Program-made: the position numbers and the translations under genes
DNA from: an uncultured Clostridia bacterium
GTDB lineage: Bacteria > Bacillota > Clostridia > TANB77 > CAG-508
Reading direction: 5' to 3'
DNA length: 64,000 nt
NCBI GenBank assembly: GCA_904419495.1
Contig: CAJFRV010000012.1
Location: 7,133 to 71,132 of the forward strand
Shown here: in pieces, positions 19,228-29,947 of the stretch
Layout: each line of letters starts with the position of its first letter
Position numbering within the stretch: position 1 is the first letter of the stretch
The notes under the pieces: model-generated
The model's database searches: none
What the model was told of the DNA's origin: nothing
The model's input: only the letters and a program-made list of their open reading frames with translations

Positions 19228-19402
19228 GACAAATCTCGCTTATCGAGAACTTTTCTCGTCTTTTCTAATTTAACTATATGTATTTAAGTTCTCGATGAAG
19301 CGTAAAGATTTGTCGACGCAAAAAAATGCATAGCAATTTTTCTGTGCAACATTATTTTTTATTGAATAGAAAAAATTTATTTTCCTTTTCAATAAAAAAA
19401 TA
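19228..19402. repeat. Composite intergenic repeat, family 2, copy B
   Basis: gacaaatctcgcttatcgagaac...gttctcgatgaagcgtaaagatttgtc, then caatttttctgtgcaac, then ttattgaatagaaaaaatttattttccttttcaataa. Collinear with 5637-5813. Confidence 0.85.
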
Positions 19403-19418
19403 AAAGCCAAATCGGCTT

Positions 19419-20798
19419 TTACCTAGGGTCATCTCCCCATTCTGCTTTTTTGACTTTTGGTGTATCTTCTACTTTTACTATTTTTGACTTTTCTGCCATT
19501 TCTACTATTTTTCTTGTCCTTTGTTCTAACGAATGATTGATAGTCCCCAACAATTTTTTTCTCATAGTAGATGGAACTTTTCCTAGATTTTTTATAAATC
19601 CAGATTCTATACAATCTCTAATAGCTTTTATTTCTTCTGTTCCTAATGTTGATAAATCAAATCTTTCCTTTTGTTTTGTTTCCTGTTTTTCTATAACTTT
19701 ATTTTCTTTTATACTCTCAGAATTTGCTTTCTTTGGTTCAACCTCTAAATTTCTACTATCCTCTTGGTTTACTTTTAAACTAGGGATATATTCTTGACTT
19801 TCTTCTATTTCTCCTTTAGCAATTCTCATTATATTTTCTACTTCTCTAGTCTCTATGCCTAAATTTGTAAATTCATTTTCTAGATAACTTGCTTCTTGGT
19901 CTGTTAGTTGACCCAAGTTTTTCATGAAAACATTAACACTTCTATTTTCTTTTTTGGCATCTCCCACTACTTTTTTTGCCATTCGAGTTAGAAAAAATTT
20001 CTTAACTGCTATTACATTAATTGGTTTCTTTTTTCCATTGCTTAATTTTCTTTTTTCTTTAGTTTTCGATTTTACAATTCGTTTATCTTGATATTCTTCT
20101 GCTACACGCTGTGGAATTTTTTCTCTTATCATTTCATCAATTGGTACAATTGCCTCCATCGGAGATATTCTGATAGAACCATCAAATTCACAATACTGGA
20201 TTGCAAAAGCTCTTGCTATTGTTTTATATAATTCCTCCTTAATTCTACTTGTTCTTTCTATATCTACTTTTTCTAAACAATCTTGTAATTTCTGTACGAT
20301 ATCTTGTTGTGATTGGAAGTCCTTTAATGATTTATATAATTCTTCTAATTCCTTGCAAATTGCATCCTCTTTTTTTTCCTCATCTTCTAATGAATTAATA
20401 GCCTCCATTCTAATTGCTCTAGAAGATATTCCTTCATTTTGTAAAATATCTATAGTTGTATCATCAGATGCTTGCTTTACTAACGTTCCTGTTACGTTAT
20501 CAGGAACATCAGAACTTTCTGCTGCTATTTGAGCAGATGTATCAATTACAGCTTGTGAAATTTCATCAGACTTCACAGCCTCTTGCACAAGTGCCTGTTG
20601 CATTTCTGGATTTTTTTGTAATGCATTTACAAGATTTTCTGCCTGTTTTTCTCTGATTTCTTCTTCTGATAATTGTTGGTCTTCTGTTGGTTGAATAACT
20701 TGATCTTTAATTATTTCTGCTAGTGTGTTTTCTTTATTTTCATCTGCTAGTCCTCGTAATTTTCCTTGAACTTTTTCACCTATATTTTTTAACTTCAT
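19419..20798 (-). CDS. Hypothetical protein, highly charged (E/K/Q-rich), no recognisable domain
   Basis: 459 aa, no TM or signal sequence and no motif I recognise. It starts 6 nt after the adhE stop on the same strand. A hairpin terminator (aaaagccgatttggctttt) follows directly after its stop. Confidence 0.5.
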   Translation of the reverse strand: MKLKNIGEKVQGKLRGLADENKENTLAEIIKDQVIQPTEDQQLSEEEIREKQAENLVNALQKNPEMQQALVQEAVKSDEISQAVIDTSAQIAAESSDVPDNVTGTLVKQASDDTTIDILQNEGISSRAIRMEAINSLEDEEKKEDAICKELEELYKSLKDFQSQQDIVQKLQDCLEKVDIERTSRIKEELYKTIARAFAIQYCEFDGSIRISPMEAIVPIDEMIREKIPQRVAEEYQDKRIVKSKTKEKRKLSNGKKKPINVIAVKKFFLTRMAKKVVGDAKKENRSVNVFMKNLGQLTDQEASYLENEFTNLGIETREVENIMRIAKGEIEESQEYIPSLKVNQEDSRNLEVEPKKANSESIKENKVIEKQETKQKERFDLSTLGTEEIKAIRDCIESGFIKNLGKVPSTMRKKLLGTINHSLEQRTRKIVEMAEKSKIVKVEDTPKVKKAEWGDDPR

Positions 20799-20804
20799 TT
20801 TTTA

Positions 20805-23417
20805 TTACTTTACATCCTTTCCATAATAACTATCTAATAAGATTTGTTTTATTTCTGATACTAATGGTACTCTTGGGTTAGCTGTTGTGCATTGATCTTC
20901 AAATGCTCTATCTGCTAACATATCTACTTTTGATAAGAATTCTTGTTCATCAATTCCTGCATCTTTAAATGATTTTGGAATATTCATGTGTTCATTCATT
21001 TCTTTTATTTTTTCAATTAAGCTACTAATTCCCTCTTCCACTGTTTTTGCTTTTAATCCTACTTTTTTAGCCATTTCATAATATTTTTGGTCAGCTATAA
21101 AGTATTCATATTTAGGGAATGAAACAAATTTTGTTGGTTTTGTGCTATTGTATCTTACAACATATGGTAATAATATTGCGTTAATTCTTCCATGTGGTAA
21201 ATGGAATTCTGCACCAATTTTATGTGCGATTGAGTGGTTAACTCCTAAAAAGGCATTTGTGAAAGCCATACCTGCAATCGTACTTGCATTATGCATTTTT
21301 TCACGAGCTAATTTATTGGTTCCATCATCATATGCCTGCTCTAAATACTGGAATACTAATTCTACTGCCTTTTCAGCTAGTCCATCTGTATAATCTGATG
21401 CCATATTTGAAACATATGCTTCTAATGCATGTGTTAACACATCCATACCTGTGTCTGCTGTGACAGATTTTGGTAAACTCATAACTAAGTCTGGATCTAC
21501 AATTGCTACATCTGGTGTCAATTCATAATCTGCTAATGGATATTTTTTATTTTTCTCTTTATCTGTAATAACAGCAAATGATGTTACTTCTGAGCCTGTA
21601 CCTGATGTTGTTGGTATTGCTACCATTTGACATTTTTCTCCTAATTTAGGGAATTTATAGGTACGTTTTCTTATATCCATAAATTTCAATTTTAACCCTT
21701 CTGGATCTGCTTCTGGATGTTCATAGAATAACCACATTCCTTTTGCTGCATCAATTGGACTTCCTCCACCTAATGCAATAATCACATCTGGTTTGAAGTT
21801 TTTCATGGCTTCAACACCTTTCATGATTGTATCAAATGATGGGTCTGATTCTACTTCACTAAAAATTTCTGAATGCACATAATGTTGTCTATTTCTTAAG
21901 TGATACAAGATTTTATCTACATATCCTAATTTTACCATTCCTCGGTCTGTTACAATAAATGCTCTTTCGATATTGGGCATTTTCTCTAAATAAGCAATTG
22001 AACCTGCTTCAAAATATATTTTTTCTGGAACTTTAAACCATTGCATATTAACCCTCCTATTGGCAACTCTTTTTATATTAATCAAGTTTACTGATGATAC
22101 ATTGGCTGTTGTTGAATTTCCACCAAATGAACCACAACCTAATGTTAATGATGGCATATTGGTATTATATATATCACCAATTGCTCCATGTGTTGATGGA
22201 GAGTTTACAATGATTCTTCCTGCCTTCATGGTTTCTGAAAATTTTAAAACAGTATCTTTATTTTCAGAGTGAATAACAGCTGAGTGTCCTAGTCCACCAA
22301 ATTCTAGTAATCTTTCTGCTAGTGGTATTCCTTCGTTTTCGTCTTCTACCACATAATATGTTAATACAGGACTTAATTTTTCTTTTGAAAATGGATAATC
22401 TTTTCCAACACCTGTTTCTGGAACTACTAATACTTTTGTATCTTCTGGAACTTCAAATCCAGCTTCTTTTGCAATCGTATGAGGATATTGTCCCGGTACA
22501 TGTGATTTTAATTTGTAATCTCCATTTTCTAGCTTCTCAAACATGCCATTTACTAATTTTTCTTTTTCCTCTTTATTGACAAAATAACATCCTGCTTTTT
22601 TCATTAATTCTTCAAATCTTTTTTGAATTTCTTTGTCAATAATAACTGCTTGTTCTGATGCACAAATCATTCCATTGTCAAATGATTTTGACATCACCAA
22701 ATCATTTACTGATGTTTCTAATTTTGCTGTTTTATCTATATAGCATGGTACATTTCCGGGTCCTACACCTAATGCTGGTTTTCCACAAGAATAAGCAGAT
22801 TTTACCATGCCTGTCCCACCTGTTGCTAAAATCAAGTTGACATCTGGGTGGTTCATTAATAATCTTGTTGCTGTAATACTTGGTTTTTCAATCCATAAAA
22901 TACAATTTTCTGGAGCACCTGCTTTAACAGCTGCTTCTCTTAAAATTTTCGCTGCTTCTACACTACATTTTTGTGCAGATGGATGGAATCCAAATATGAT
23001 AACATTTCTCGTTTTTGCTGATATGATAGATTTAAACATGGTTGTTGATGTTGGATTTGTAACAGGTGTAACACCAGCTATAATTCCAATTGGTTCTGCA
23101 ATTTCTACATAATCATCTTCCACATTTTCATCTATAATACCAACTGTTTTTTCATATTTAATACTATGATAAATATATTCTGTTGCAAACATATTCTTTG
23201 TAATCTTGTCTTCATAAATACCTCTTCCTGTTTCTTCTACTGCCATTTTTGCTAATTTCATATGATTTTCAAGACCCGCCATTGCCATTGCTTTTGTTAT
23301 ATTATTTACTGTTTCTTGATCTAATTCTAGATATTCCTGAGAAGCTTTTTTTGCTTTTTCTACTAAGTCATTAATCATTTGCTCAATTTCTTTTTCTTCA
23401 TTATTGTTTTCGCTCAT
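20805..23417 (-). CDS. adhE: Bifunctional acetaldehyde-CoA / alcohol dehydrogenase AdhE
   Basis: ORF track 20805..23453. ATG 23417 (MSENNNEEKE) follows GAGGAGG. N-terminal ALDH domain (catalytic Cys in DNGMICASEQ), C-terminal Fe-ADH domain (GGGSPIDAAK; HSIAHKIGAEFHLPHG). Confidence 0.95.
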   Translation of the reverse strand: MSENNNEEKEIEQMINDLVEKAKKASQEYLELDQETVNNITKAMAMAGLENHMKLAKMAVEETGRGIYEDKITKNMFATEYIYHSIKYEKTVGIIDENVEDDYVEIAEPIGIIAGVTPVTNPTSTTMFKSIISAKTRNVIIFGFHPSAQKCSVEAAKILREAAVKAGAPENCILWIEKPSITATRLLMNHPDVNLILATGGTGMVKSAYSCGKPALGVGPGNVPCYIDKTAKLETSVNDLVMSKSFDNGMICASEQAVIIDKEIQKRFEELMKKAGCYFVNKEEKEKLVNGMFEKLENGDYKLKSHVPGQYPHTIAKEAGFEVPEDTKVLVVPETGVGKDYPFSKEKLSPVLTYYVVEDENEGIPLAERLLEFGGLGHSAVIHSENKDTVLKFSETMKAGRIIVNSPSTHGAIGDIYNTNMPSLTLGCGSFGGNSTTANVSSVNLINIKRVANRRVNMQWFKVPEKIYFEAGSIAYLEKMPNIERAFIVTDRGMVKLGYVDKILYHLRNRQHYVHSEIFSEVESDPSFDTIMKGVEAMKNFKPDVIIALGGGSPIDAAKGMWLFYEHPEADPEGLKLKFMDIRKRTYKFPKLGEKCQMVAIPTTSGTGSEVTSFAVITDKEKNKKYPLADYELTPDVAIVDPDLVMSLPKSVTADTGMDVLTHALEAYVSNMASDYTDGLAEKAVELVFQYLEQAYDDGTNKLAREKMHNASTIAGMAFTNAFLGVNHSIAHKIGAEFHLPHGRINAILLPYVVRYNSTKPTKFVSFPKYEYFIADQKYYEMAKKVGLKAKTVEEGISSLIEKIKEMNEHMNIPKSFKDAGIDEQEFLSKVDMLADRAFEDQCTTANPRVPLVSEIKQILLDSYYGKDVK

Positions 23418-23599
23418 AAATAACCTCCTCTTGAGCAATACATATTTGCTCACGTTTTTTTAAACCTTTTATTACTCTATACTATAAAAGATTTCAGCAA
23501 GTCCATTATATATGATTGGAATGAAATGTCAATAATATCCAAAAGATATTTTTCAGTTTTTTTGACAAAAAAAATACAAGCACTTTTTATGCTTGTATC

Positions 23600-24607
23600 T
23601 TATTCTTTATATAAATAGTCTTGTGGATCAACATGCTCACCATTAACTCTGATTTCTAAATGTAAGTGTGGACCAGTTGAATTTCCTGTTGAACCAACTG
23701 CTGCTATGACATCTCCTGCTTTTACAGTATCTCCCTTTTTCACATACATTTTACTTGTATGAGCATACCAAGTTTCAACACCATTTCCATGATCAATTTT
23801 TACTAAATTTCCATAAGATCCATTATAACTTGCACTAATAACTGTACCATCTGCTACTACTTTTATATCAGTACCAGTTATTGCTGAAATATCCAATCCT
23901 GTATGTGTTGATTTTCTAATTCGACTACTTACTCCATATCTTGAAGTAATCCTACCTTCAATTGGTGTAACTGCCAATTTAATTCCATTAATACTTGGTA
24001 AAGCATTCCATCTTTCTTGTTCTTCTTTTTGCTGTTCAATTTCCTCTATTGCATTCTCTACCGTTTCTTGAATATTTAGTTTTGCTACTTCTAACTCTGA
24101 TGTATTTACCTCTTCTTCATTTTGTGTGTATTTTTCTGCAATACTTAAATCAATTTCGTCACTATTGCTCTCTTTTTTTATTTCATTTACTAATTCTTCT
24201 GCCTCTTCACTTGTGTCTACTTTTTCGACTACAGTTTCTTGCACTGCTATTTCATAATATTTATAAGTAATTGTCATTTCTTCTTCTAATTCATCAACTA
24301 ATTTTTTTTCCTCTGTATTTTCTGCTCTACTTACTAATTTTAACTCATATTCTGGTTCATCTTTTAAGCTAACATCTTCTACTGTCTTATCTGTATTCTC
24401 TGTAATTTCTTCTTTTAAAGTCTCTTCTAATGCTTGTTTATTTTCTACATAGCCAATTTCCTCACCAGAAATACTTACTTTATACATTGGTTTATATTTT
24501 ATTAATATAATCGCGATTATAAACCCTAAAGCTATTATTGTAATGTTAAAAAATTTTAGAAACTCTTTTGTATAAAATTTCAGTTTCTTTTTTAAAATAA
24601 ACTCCAC
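23600..24607 (-). CDS. M23 family metallopeptidase with N-terminal membrane anchor and acidic linker
   Basis: 335 aa. TM IIALGFIIAIILI. M23 motifs HTGLDI, and GNSTGPHLHLEIRVNGEHVDP near the C-terminus. Confidence 0.85.
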   Translation of the reverse strand: MEFILKKKLKFYTKEFLKFFNITIIALGFIIAIILIKYKPMYKVSISGEEIGYVENKQALEETLKEEITENTDKTVEDVSLKDEPEYELKLVSRAENTEEKKLVDELEEEMTITYKYYEIAVQETVVEKVDTSEEAEELVNEIKKESNSDEIDLSIAEKYTQNEEEVNTSELEVAKLNIQETVENAIEEIEQQKEEQERWNALPSINGIKLAVTPIEGRITSRYGVSSRIRKSTHTGLDISAITGTDIKVVADGTVISASYNGSYGNLVKIDHGNGVETWYAHTSKMYVKKGDTVKAGDVIAAVGSTGNSTGPHLHLEIRVNGEHVDPQDYLYKE

Positions 24608-24939
24608 TCTCCTTTATGTTTTTTTACGCGACTAATCTATATTATACTATATATTTTGCCTTTTTTCAAACTTTGTATACATAATCTTAGATAAAAAATT
24701 TAAATTATCTTTAATTTTTATTCATCATTTTTCCATATTATAACTTTTTCTTTCATAATCTCTTTTTTGCTCATTTTTTCTTGATTTTACATATATTTCT
24801 AACAATGAATCATATTTTTAGCTTTTAAGTAGGAAATTCTTGACATTTTAGCTTTATTATTATATAGTATTCTCATAGACTATATAGTAAACATATACTC
24901 TATATTTGTTTTGTAATAAAATTTAGGAAGGTGATATAT

Positions 24940-25266
24940 ATGGCATTAGATTATACAATTATTGGTCAAAGAATCAAACAAGCAAGGCTTGCTAAAAACT
25001 ATACGCAAGAAGAACTATCTGAAAAAATAGATGTTTCTGTTGCATTTTTAAGTAGAGTAGAAAGAGGAAATTCTCATATCAATTTGAAAAGACTAACACA
25101 ACTTTGTAACTTATTAGATGTTTCAGAAGGCTATATTTTAAGTGGTACTTCTAGTGATTCAGAAAATTATTTGTCAAAAGAATTTTCTGACTTATTAAGT
25201 AGTTGCCCTGCACACAAACAAAGATTAATTTATAAAATTGCAAAAATCATTGCAGAATCTGAATAA
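24940..25266 (+). CDS. XRE-family helix-turn-helix transcriptional regulator
   Basis: ORF track 24931..25266 (GTG). ATG 24940 (MALDYTIIGQRIKQARLAKNYTQEELSEKIDVSVAFLSRVERG) follows AGGAAGGTGA. Classic HTH_3 pattern. Confidence 0.85.
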   Translation: MALDYTIIGQRIKQARLAKNYTQEELSEKIDVSVAFLSRVERGNSHINLKRLTQLCNLLDVSEGYILSGTSSDSENYLSKEFSDLLSSCPAHKQRLIYKIAKIIAESE

Positions 25267-25274
25267 AATCCTAT

Positions 25275-25307
25275 GAAAAAACCAATATAAAAAATATTGG
25301 TTTTTTG
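25275..25307 (+). terminator. Rho-independent terminator after the XRE gene
   Basis: aaaaaaccaatataaaaaatattggttttttg: perfect stem ccaatat/atattgg flanked by A- and T-runs. Confidence 0.75.
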
Positions 25308-25582
25308 TTGCATTTACAACAGCTTTTTTTATTTTTTATGAATATGATAAGTTTACAATTAATATTACTAAAGATCTTATTTATTAAAAACAAAGGATAA
25401 TTTTGTCATTTTAAGAAAATTATTGTCATTTTTGATTGATTATATTTTATGAATATGGTATTATATTATGTGGTCAAAATGATAATAATAATGTAAAAGA
25501 GAAAAAAATTAAATAAATTTATCTTTAACCATTATTAATTGTATTTAATTTTATTTCTTAATTAAGGAGGTTTTTTAATATT

Positions 25583-27820
25583 ATGAAATTTGAGCAATGG
25601 AATGGATTTGAAAAAGGTGATTGGCAAAGTGAAATTAATGTAAGAGATTTCATTCAAAGAAACTATACACCTTATGAAGGAGATTCAACATTTTTGGCTG
25701 GACCTACAGAAAAAACAAAAAAATTATGGGATGAAGTATTAGAACTTTATAAAAAAGAAAAAGCTTCTAAAGGTGGTGTACTTGATATAGATACAAAAAC
25801 AGTTTCTAATGTTAATGCTTATGAAGCTGGATATATTGATAAAGATTTAGAAGAAATTGTAGGACTTCAAACAGATGCTCCTTTAAAAAGAGCCATTATG
25901 CCTTATGGTGGAATTCGTATTGTAGAAAAAGCCTGTGAAGCTTATGACAGAAAAGTAGATGATGAAGTAGAAGAAATTTTCCACAAATATAGAAAAACAC
26001 ACAATGATGGTGTATTTAGTGTTTATACACCAGATATTAGAGCTGCTAGAAGTTCTCACTTACTTACTGGATTACCAGATGGATATGGTAGAGGAAGAAT
26101 TATTGGTGATTACAGAAGAGTTGCACTTTATGGTGTTGATGTATTAATCGAAGAAAAGAAAAAAGATTTAGACATATTAAACGTAGATTGTTTAACTGAA
26201 GAAGTTATTCGTGAGAGAGAAGAAATTAGTGAACAAATCAAAGCTTTAAATGAATTAAAAGCAATGGCTTCAAGATATGGATTTGATATTTCTAAACCTG
26301 CCAATAACAGTAAAGAAGCTGTTCAATGGTTATACTTTGGATATTTAGGTGCTGTAAAATCTCAAGATGGTGCAGCTATGAGTCTTGGTAGAACTTCTAC
26401 TTTCTTAGATATCTATTTTGAAAGAGATTTAGAAAATGGATCAATTACAGAAGAAGAAGTTCAAGAAATTATGGATCATTTTGTTATGAAATTAAGATTA
26501 GTTCGTTTCTTAAGAACACCTGAATACAACGAATTATTCAGTGGTGACCCAGTATGGGTAACAGAAAGTATTGGTGGTATGGGAATTGATGGAAGAACTT
26601 TAGTTACAAAAAACTCTTTTAGAATTCTTCATACACTAGAAAATTTAGGACCAGCTCCAGAACCAAACCTAACTGTTTTATGGTCTGTAAATTTACCAGA
26701 TGGATTTAAAAGATATACAACAGACTTATCTATCAGAACATCTTCTATTCAATATGAAAGTGATGATTTAATGAGAATCACATTAGGAGATGATTATGGA
26801 ATTGCTTGCTGTGTTTCTCCAATGAAAATTGGTAAACAAATGCAATTCTTTGGTGCAAGAGCAAACTTAGCAAAAACTTTATTATATGCTATCAATGGTG
26901 GTAGAGACGAAATGTCTGGAAAACAAGTTACTCCAAAATTTGCTCCAATTACTTCTGAATATTTAGATTATGATGAAGTTATGGAAAAATTCAATCAAAT
27001 GATGGATTATGTAGCTAAAATCTATATTAAAGCATTAAATGCTATCCACTATATGCATGACAAATATTGTTATGAAGCAATTGAAATGGCTCTTCATGAT
27101 AAAGATATCATAAGAACAATGGCTTGTGGTATTGCTGGTTTATCTGTTGTTGCTGATTCACTTTCTGCAATCAAATATGCAAAAGTAAAAGTTATCAGAG
27201 ATGAAACTGGACTAGCTACCGACTATGAAATAGAAGGAGATTTCCCTAAATTTGGTAATGATGACGAAAGAGTAGATAGTATTGCAGTTGATATTGTTAA
27301 AACATTTATGAATAAATTAAGAAGATATCCAACTTATAGAAATTCTAAACATACATTATCTATTCTTACTATCACATCAAATGTCGTTTATGGAAAAGCT
27401 ACAGGAAATACTCCTGATGGAAGAAGAATGGGAGCTCCATTCGGACCTGGTGCAAACCCATTACACGGAAGAGATACCAATGGTGCTTTAGCTGTTATGA
27501 ATTCTATAGCAAAACTACCATTTGATTCTGCAGAAGATGGAATTTCATATACATTCTCAATCACACCTAAAACATTAGGAAAAGATGAAGATACAAGAGT
27601 AACAAACTTAGTCAATATGCTAGATGGATATTTCAGACAAACAGGACATCATATTAATGTTAATGTTTTTGATAGAAGTCTATTAGAAGATGCTATGGAA
27701 CATCCAGAAAATTATCCTCAATTAACTATTAGGGTATCTGGATATGCCGTAAACTTCACAAAATTAACAAGAGAACAACAATTAGATGTTATTAATAGAA
27801 CAATTCATGAAAGAATTTAA
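25583..27820 (+). CDS. pflB: Formate C-acetyltransferase (pyruvate formate-lyase)
   Basis: 745 aa. RBS AAGGAGG. Active-site Cys pair in GIACCVSPM; glycyl-radical motif [11 protein letters not shown] near the C-terminus. Confidence 0.95.
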   Translation: MKFEQWNGFEKGDWQSEINVRDFIQRNYTPYEGDSTFLAGPTEKTKKLWDEVLELYKKEKASKGGVLDIDTKTVSNVNAYEAGYIDKDLEEIVGLQTDAPLKRAIMPYGGIRIVEKACEAYDRKVDDEVEEIFHKYRKTHNDGVFSVYTPDIRAARSSHLLTGLPDGYGRGRIIGDYRRVALYGVDVLIEEKKKDLDILNVDCLTEEVIREREEISEQIKALNELKAMASRYGFDISKPANNSKEAVQWLYFGYLGAVKSQDGAAMSLGRTSTFLDIYFERDLENGSITEEEVQEIMDHFVMKLRLVRFLRTPEYNELFSGDPVWVTESIGGMGIDGRTLVTKNSFRILHTLENLGPAPEPNLTVLWSVNLPDGFKRYTTDLSIRTSSIQYESDDLMRITLGDDYGIACCVSPMKIGKQMQFFGARANLAKTLLYAINGGRDEMSGKQVTPKFAPITSEYLDYDEVMEKFNQMMDYVAKIYIKALNAIHYMHDKYCYEAIEMALHDKDIIRTMACGIAGLSVVADSLSAIKYAKVKVIRDETGLATDYEIEGDFPKFGNDDERVDSIAVDIVKTFMNKLRRYPTYRNSKHTLSILTITSNVVYGKATGNTPDGRRMGAPFGPGANPLHGRDTNGALAVMNSIAKLPFDSAEDGISYTFSITPKTLGKDEDTRVTNLVNMLDGYFRQTGHHINVNVFDRSLLEDAMEHPENYPQLTIRVSGYAVNFTKLTREQQLDVINRTIHERI

Positions 27821-27896
27821 TTATTTAAGGGATTGAAGGACACTCCTTTAATCCCTATTTTTCTGATGATTAAATCTATTATTTTAAGGAGCTATT

Positions 27897-28652
27897 ATGG
27901 AAAACGATAAAAATATACAAGATAATGAAAAAGATTTAAGATATTATGCCAAAGTACATTCTATAGAAACTTTTGGAGCTGTTGATGGACCGGGAATTCG
28001 TTTTGTTTTATTTCTTCAAGGTTGCCATCTACAATGTAAATATTGTCACAATCGTGATACTTGGGATATGAAAGAAGGAAAATATCAATCTGTTGATGAT
28101 ATCTATAAGATGATTTTAAAATATAAAAATTATATTACTCCAAATGGAGGTGTCACCATTTCTGGCGGAGAACCTTTATTGCAAGTAAAATTCTTAATTG
28201 AATTATTTACCAAATTGAAAAAGAAAAAAATTCATACTTGTATCGATACTTCTGGAATGGTAGCATTAACTGATGATATTAAGTATTTGTTAACATTAAC
28301 CGACTTAGTTCTTTTAGATATTAAACATATTGATAGTGAAAAATGTAAGGATTTAGTTGGTTTTGATAATAAACTAGAATTAGCATTTGCAAAATATTTA
28401 AGTGATAATCATATACCAATATGGATCAGACAAGTATTGGTTCCGGGGTTTACAGATGATGAAAACGACTTACGAAAACTTAAAGATTTTATTTCTTCTT
28501 TAAATACTGTTGAAAAGGTAGAAATTTTACCTTACCATAGTATTGGTAAATACAAATGGACTAAACTAGGACTTAAATATGATTTAGAAAATATTAAAGA
28601 TGCAACTAGTGATGATGTGAAACGAGCAAAAGCCATTTTAGGAATCAGCTAA
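27897..28652 (+). CDS. pflA: Pyruvate formate-lyase activating enzyme (radical SAM)
   Basis: 251 aa. Radical-SAM cluster CHLQCKYCHN, and GGVTISGGEPLLQ. Directly downstream of pflB. Confidence 0.95.
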   Translation: MENDKNIQDNEKDLRYYAKVHSIETFGAVDGPGIRFVLFLQGCHLQCKYCHNRDTWDMKEGKYQSVDDIYKMILKYKNYITPNGGVTISGGEPLLQVKFLIELFTKLKKKKIHTCIDTSGMVALTDDIKYLLTLTDLVLLDIKHIDSEKCKDLVGFDNKLELAFAKYLSDNHIPIWIRQVLVPGFTDDENDLRKLKDFISSLNTVEKVEILPYHSIGKYKWTKLGLKYDLENIKDATSDDVKRAKAILGIS

Positions 28653-28946
28653 TGTCCAATTGGGGACGTTTCTATTTGGGACATTTTTATGTAAAGTTTC
28701 ATCTATAAAAATACTATATAATAAAAATTTATTACATTCCTCGGCTAACATTACATCATAAAGAAAAATTAAAGGTATCTAATAGGCACCTCTCAAAATC
28801 AAGTTTTGAGATTCTCCTATTAGATACCTTAATTTTTTCTAATATGATTTCATTCACATTCGTCATTTCATAAATTTTTATTATATAGTATTTTTATGCT
28901 AAATTATATTTTAAATGTCCCAAACAGAAACGTCCCCAATTGGACA
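28653..28946. mobile_element. MITE-like foldback element, family 4, long copy (conserved inverted termini TGTCCAATTGGGGACGTTTCT...)
   Basis: Left end tgtccaattggggacgtttctatttgggacattt; right end aaatgtcccaaacagaaacgtccccaattggaca. It carries nested internal palindromes (aaggtatctaatagg...cctattagatacctt). It fills the whole gap between the convergent stops of pflA (28652) and ORF 28950. Confidence 0.8.
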
Positions 28947-28949
28947 ACA

Positions 28950-29885
28950 TTACATTCCTAATAATTTTAATTCTATATTTTCCATTTTGTATTTTCCATC
29001 AACTAATTTGAATTCTACTAGTGTATCTTCTAAAGTTTCTTTATTTTGTCTTAAATCTGTTGTAAAGTATAATTTAATTTGAGAAATTTCTAATTGATTT
29101 GCTACTATTTCTTTAAATGTTTCAGCCATATGTTTTTCATCTTCACAAATTAGAATTAATTGTGGCATACCACTAAATCCGGAATCTCCCGGAACATAAT
29201 TTTCATAAAATTCCTTATATAGTCTCATTCTTTCAACTAATTTCTTTTTCCAATCTGGTTCTCTTCTAATAACTTCAAACACAAATTGAATTGATTTTCC
29301 GTTTTTTGTAAGTTTAACTGCTCCACCACTTGCCTTAAATAACTTTCCTGAAACTTTTGCAGTTATCGCTGGTTTTACAATATAACTGTCAAATGCTTTT
29401 ACTTTTCTTAAATAAGCAATTAAAGTTTGATTTCCAGCCAATCTTTTTTTAATCATTGGTACTGGTTTTGTATTATCTGATGGTTGCCATTTACAATCAA
29501 TTTCTTTAGAATTCAATAAATATTTTCCCATTTTTTCTAAACAGTAAATTCTATAAATTCCTTTTCCTTCATCAGAAGTAAAATAATATCTTGTTAAAAT
29601 TTTAGACTTTACTAGTTGATCTAATTTATTATTCAATTTATCTTGTGATTTTGGATCAATTCCTTTTATTTCAAGCATTTGATACAATTGTCTTGATGTA
29701 ATAAATTCAAATTCATTTACTAAGTCTAAAATTGCAAAATGGATTTCATTAATATGTCCAATATTAATCTTATGTACGATTTGATTCATTGACACATACC
29801 CATCTTTTCCATCAAAAGTTTTTATTTCACCTTCTCTTATGGCAAATGGAGATACTTGTGCCTTGATTTCATTATCTTCTACCAT
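28950..29885 (-). CDS. Hypothetical protein, possibly replication-relaxation (Replic_Relax)-like with a winged-helix N-terminal region
   Basis: 311 aa. RBS GGGGGA. The pattern HFAILDLVNEFEFITSRQLYQMLE...LDQLVKSKILTRYYF...GIYRIYCLEKMGKYLL resembles the wHTH-plus-'YxL..G' pattern of plasmid Replic_Relax proteins. This is recalled from memory only. Confidence 0.35.
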   Translation of the reverse strand: MVEDNEIKAQVSPFAIREGEIKTFDGKDGYVSMNQIVHKINIGHINEIHFAILDLVNEFEFITSRQLYQMLEIKGIDPKSQDKLNNKLDQLVKSKILTRYYFTSDEGKGIYRIYCLEKMGKYLLNSKEIDCKWQPSDNTKPVPMIKKRLAGNQTLIAYLRKVKAFDSYIVKPAITAKVSGKLFKASGGAVKLTKNGKSIQFVFEVIRREPDWKKKLVERMRLYKEFYENYVPGDSGFSGMPQLILICEDEKHMAETFKEIVANQLEISQIKLYFTTDLRQNKETLEDTLVEFKLVDGKYKMENIELKLLGM

Positions 29886-29947
29886 TTTTGTTTCCCCCTT
29901 ATAAATTTAGAATTATCTATATTTTTAAATTATAAACTAAAATTTAT

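Noticed and set aside
25337-25465. Direct repeats ttttatgaatatg(a/g)ta and ttgtcatttt (two copies each) upstream of pflB as regulator binding sites
   Set aside because: They are short, AT-rich and found in only two copies each, in a 316-nt AT-rich spacer. I cannot distinguish them from chance without comparative data.
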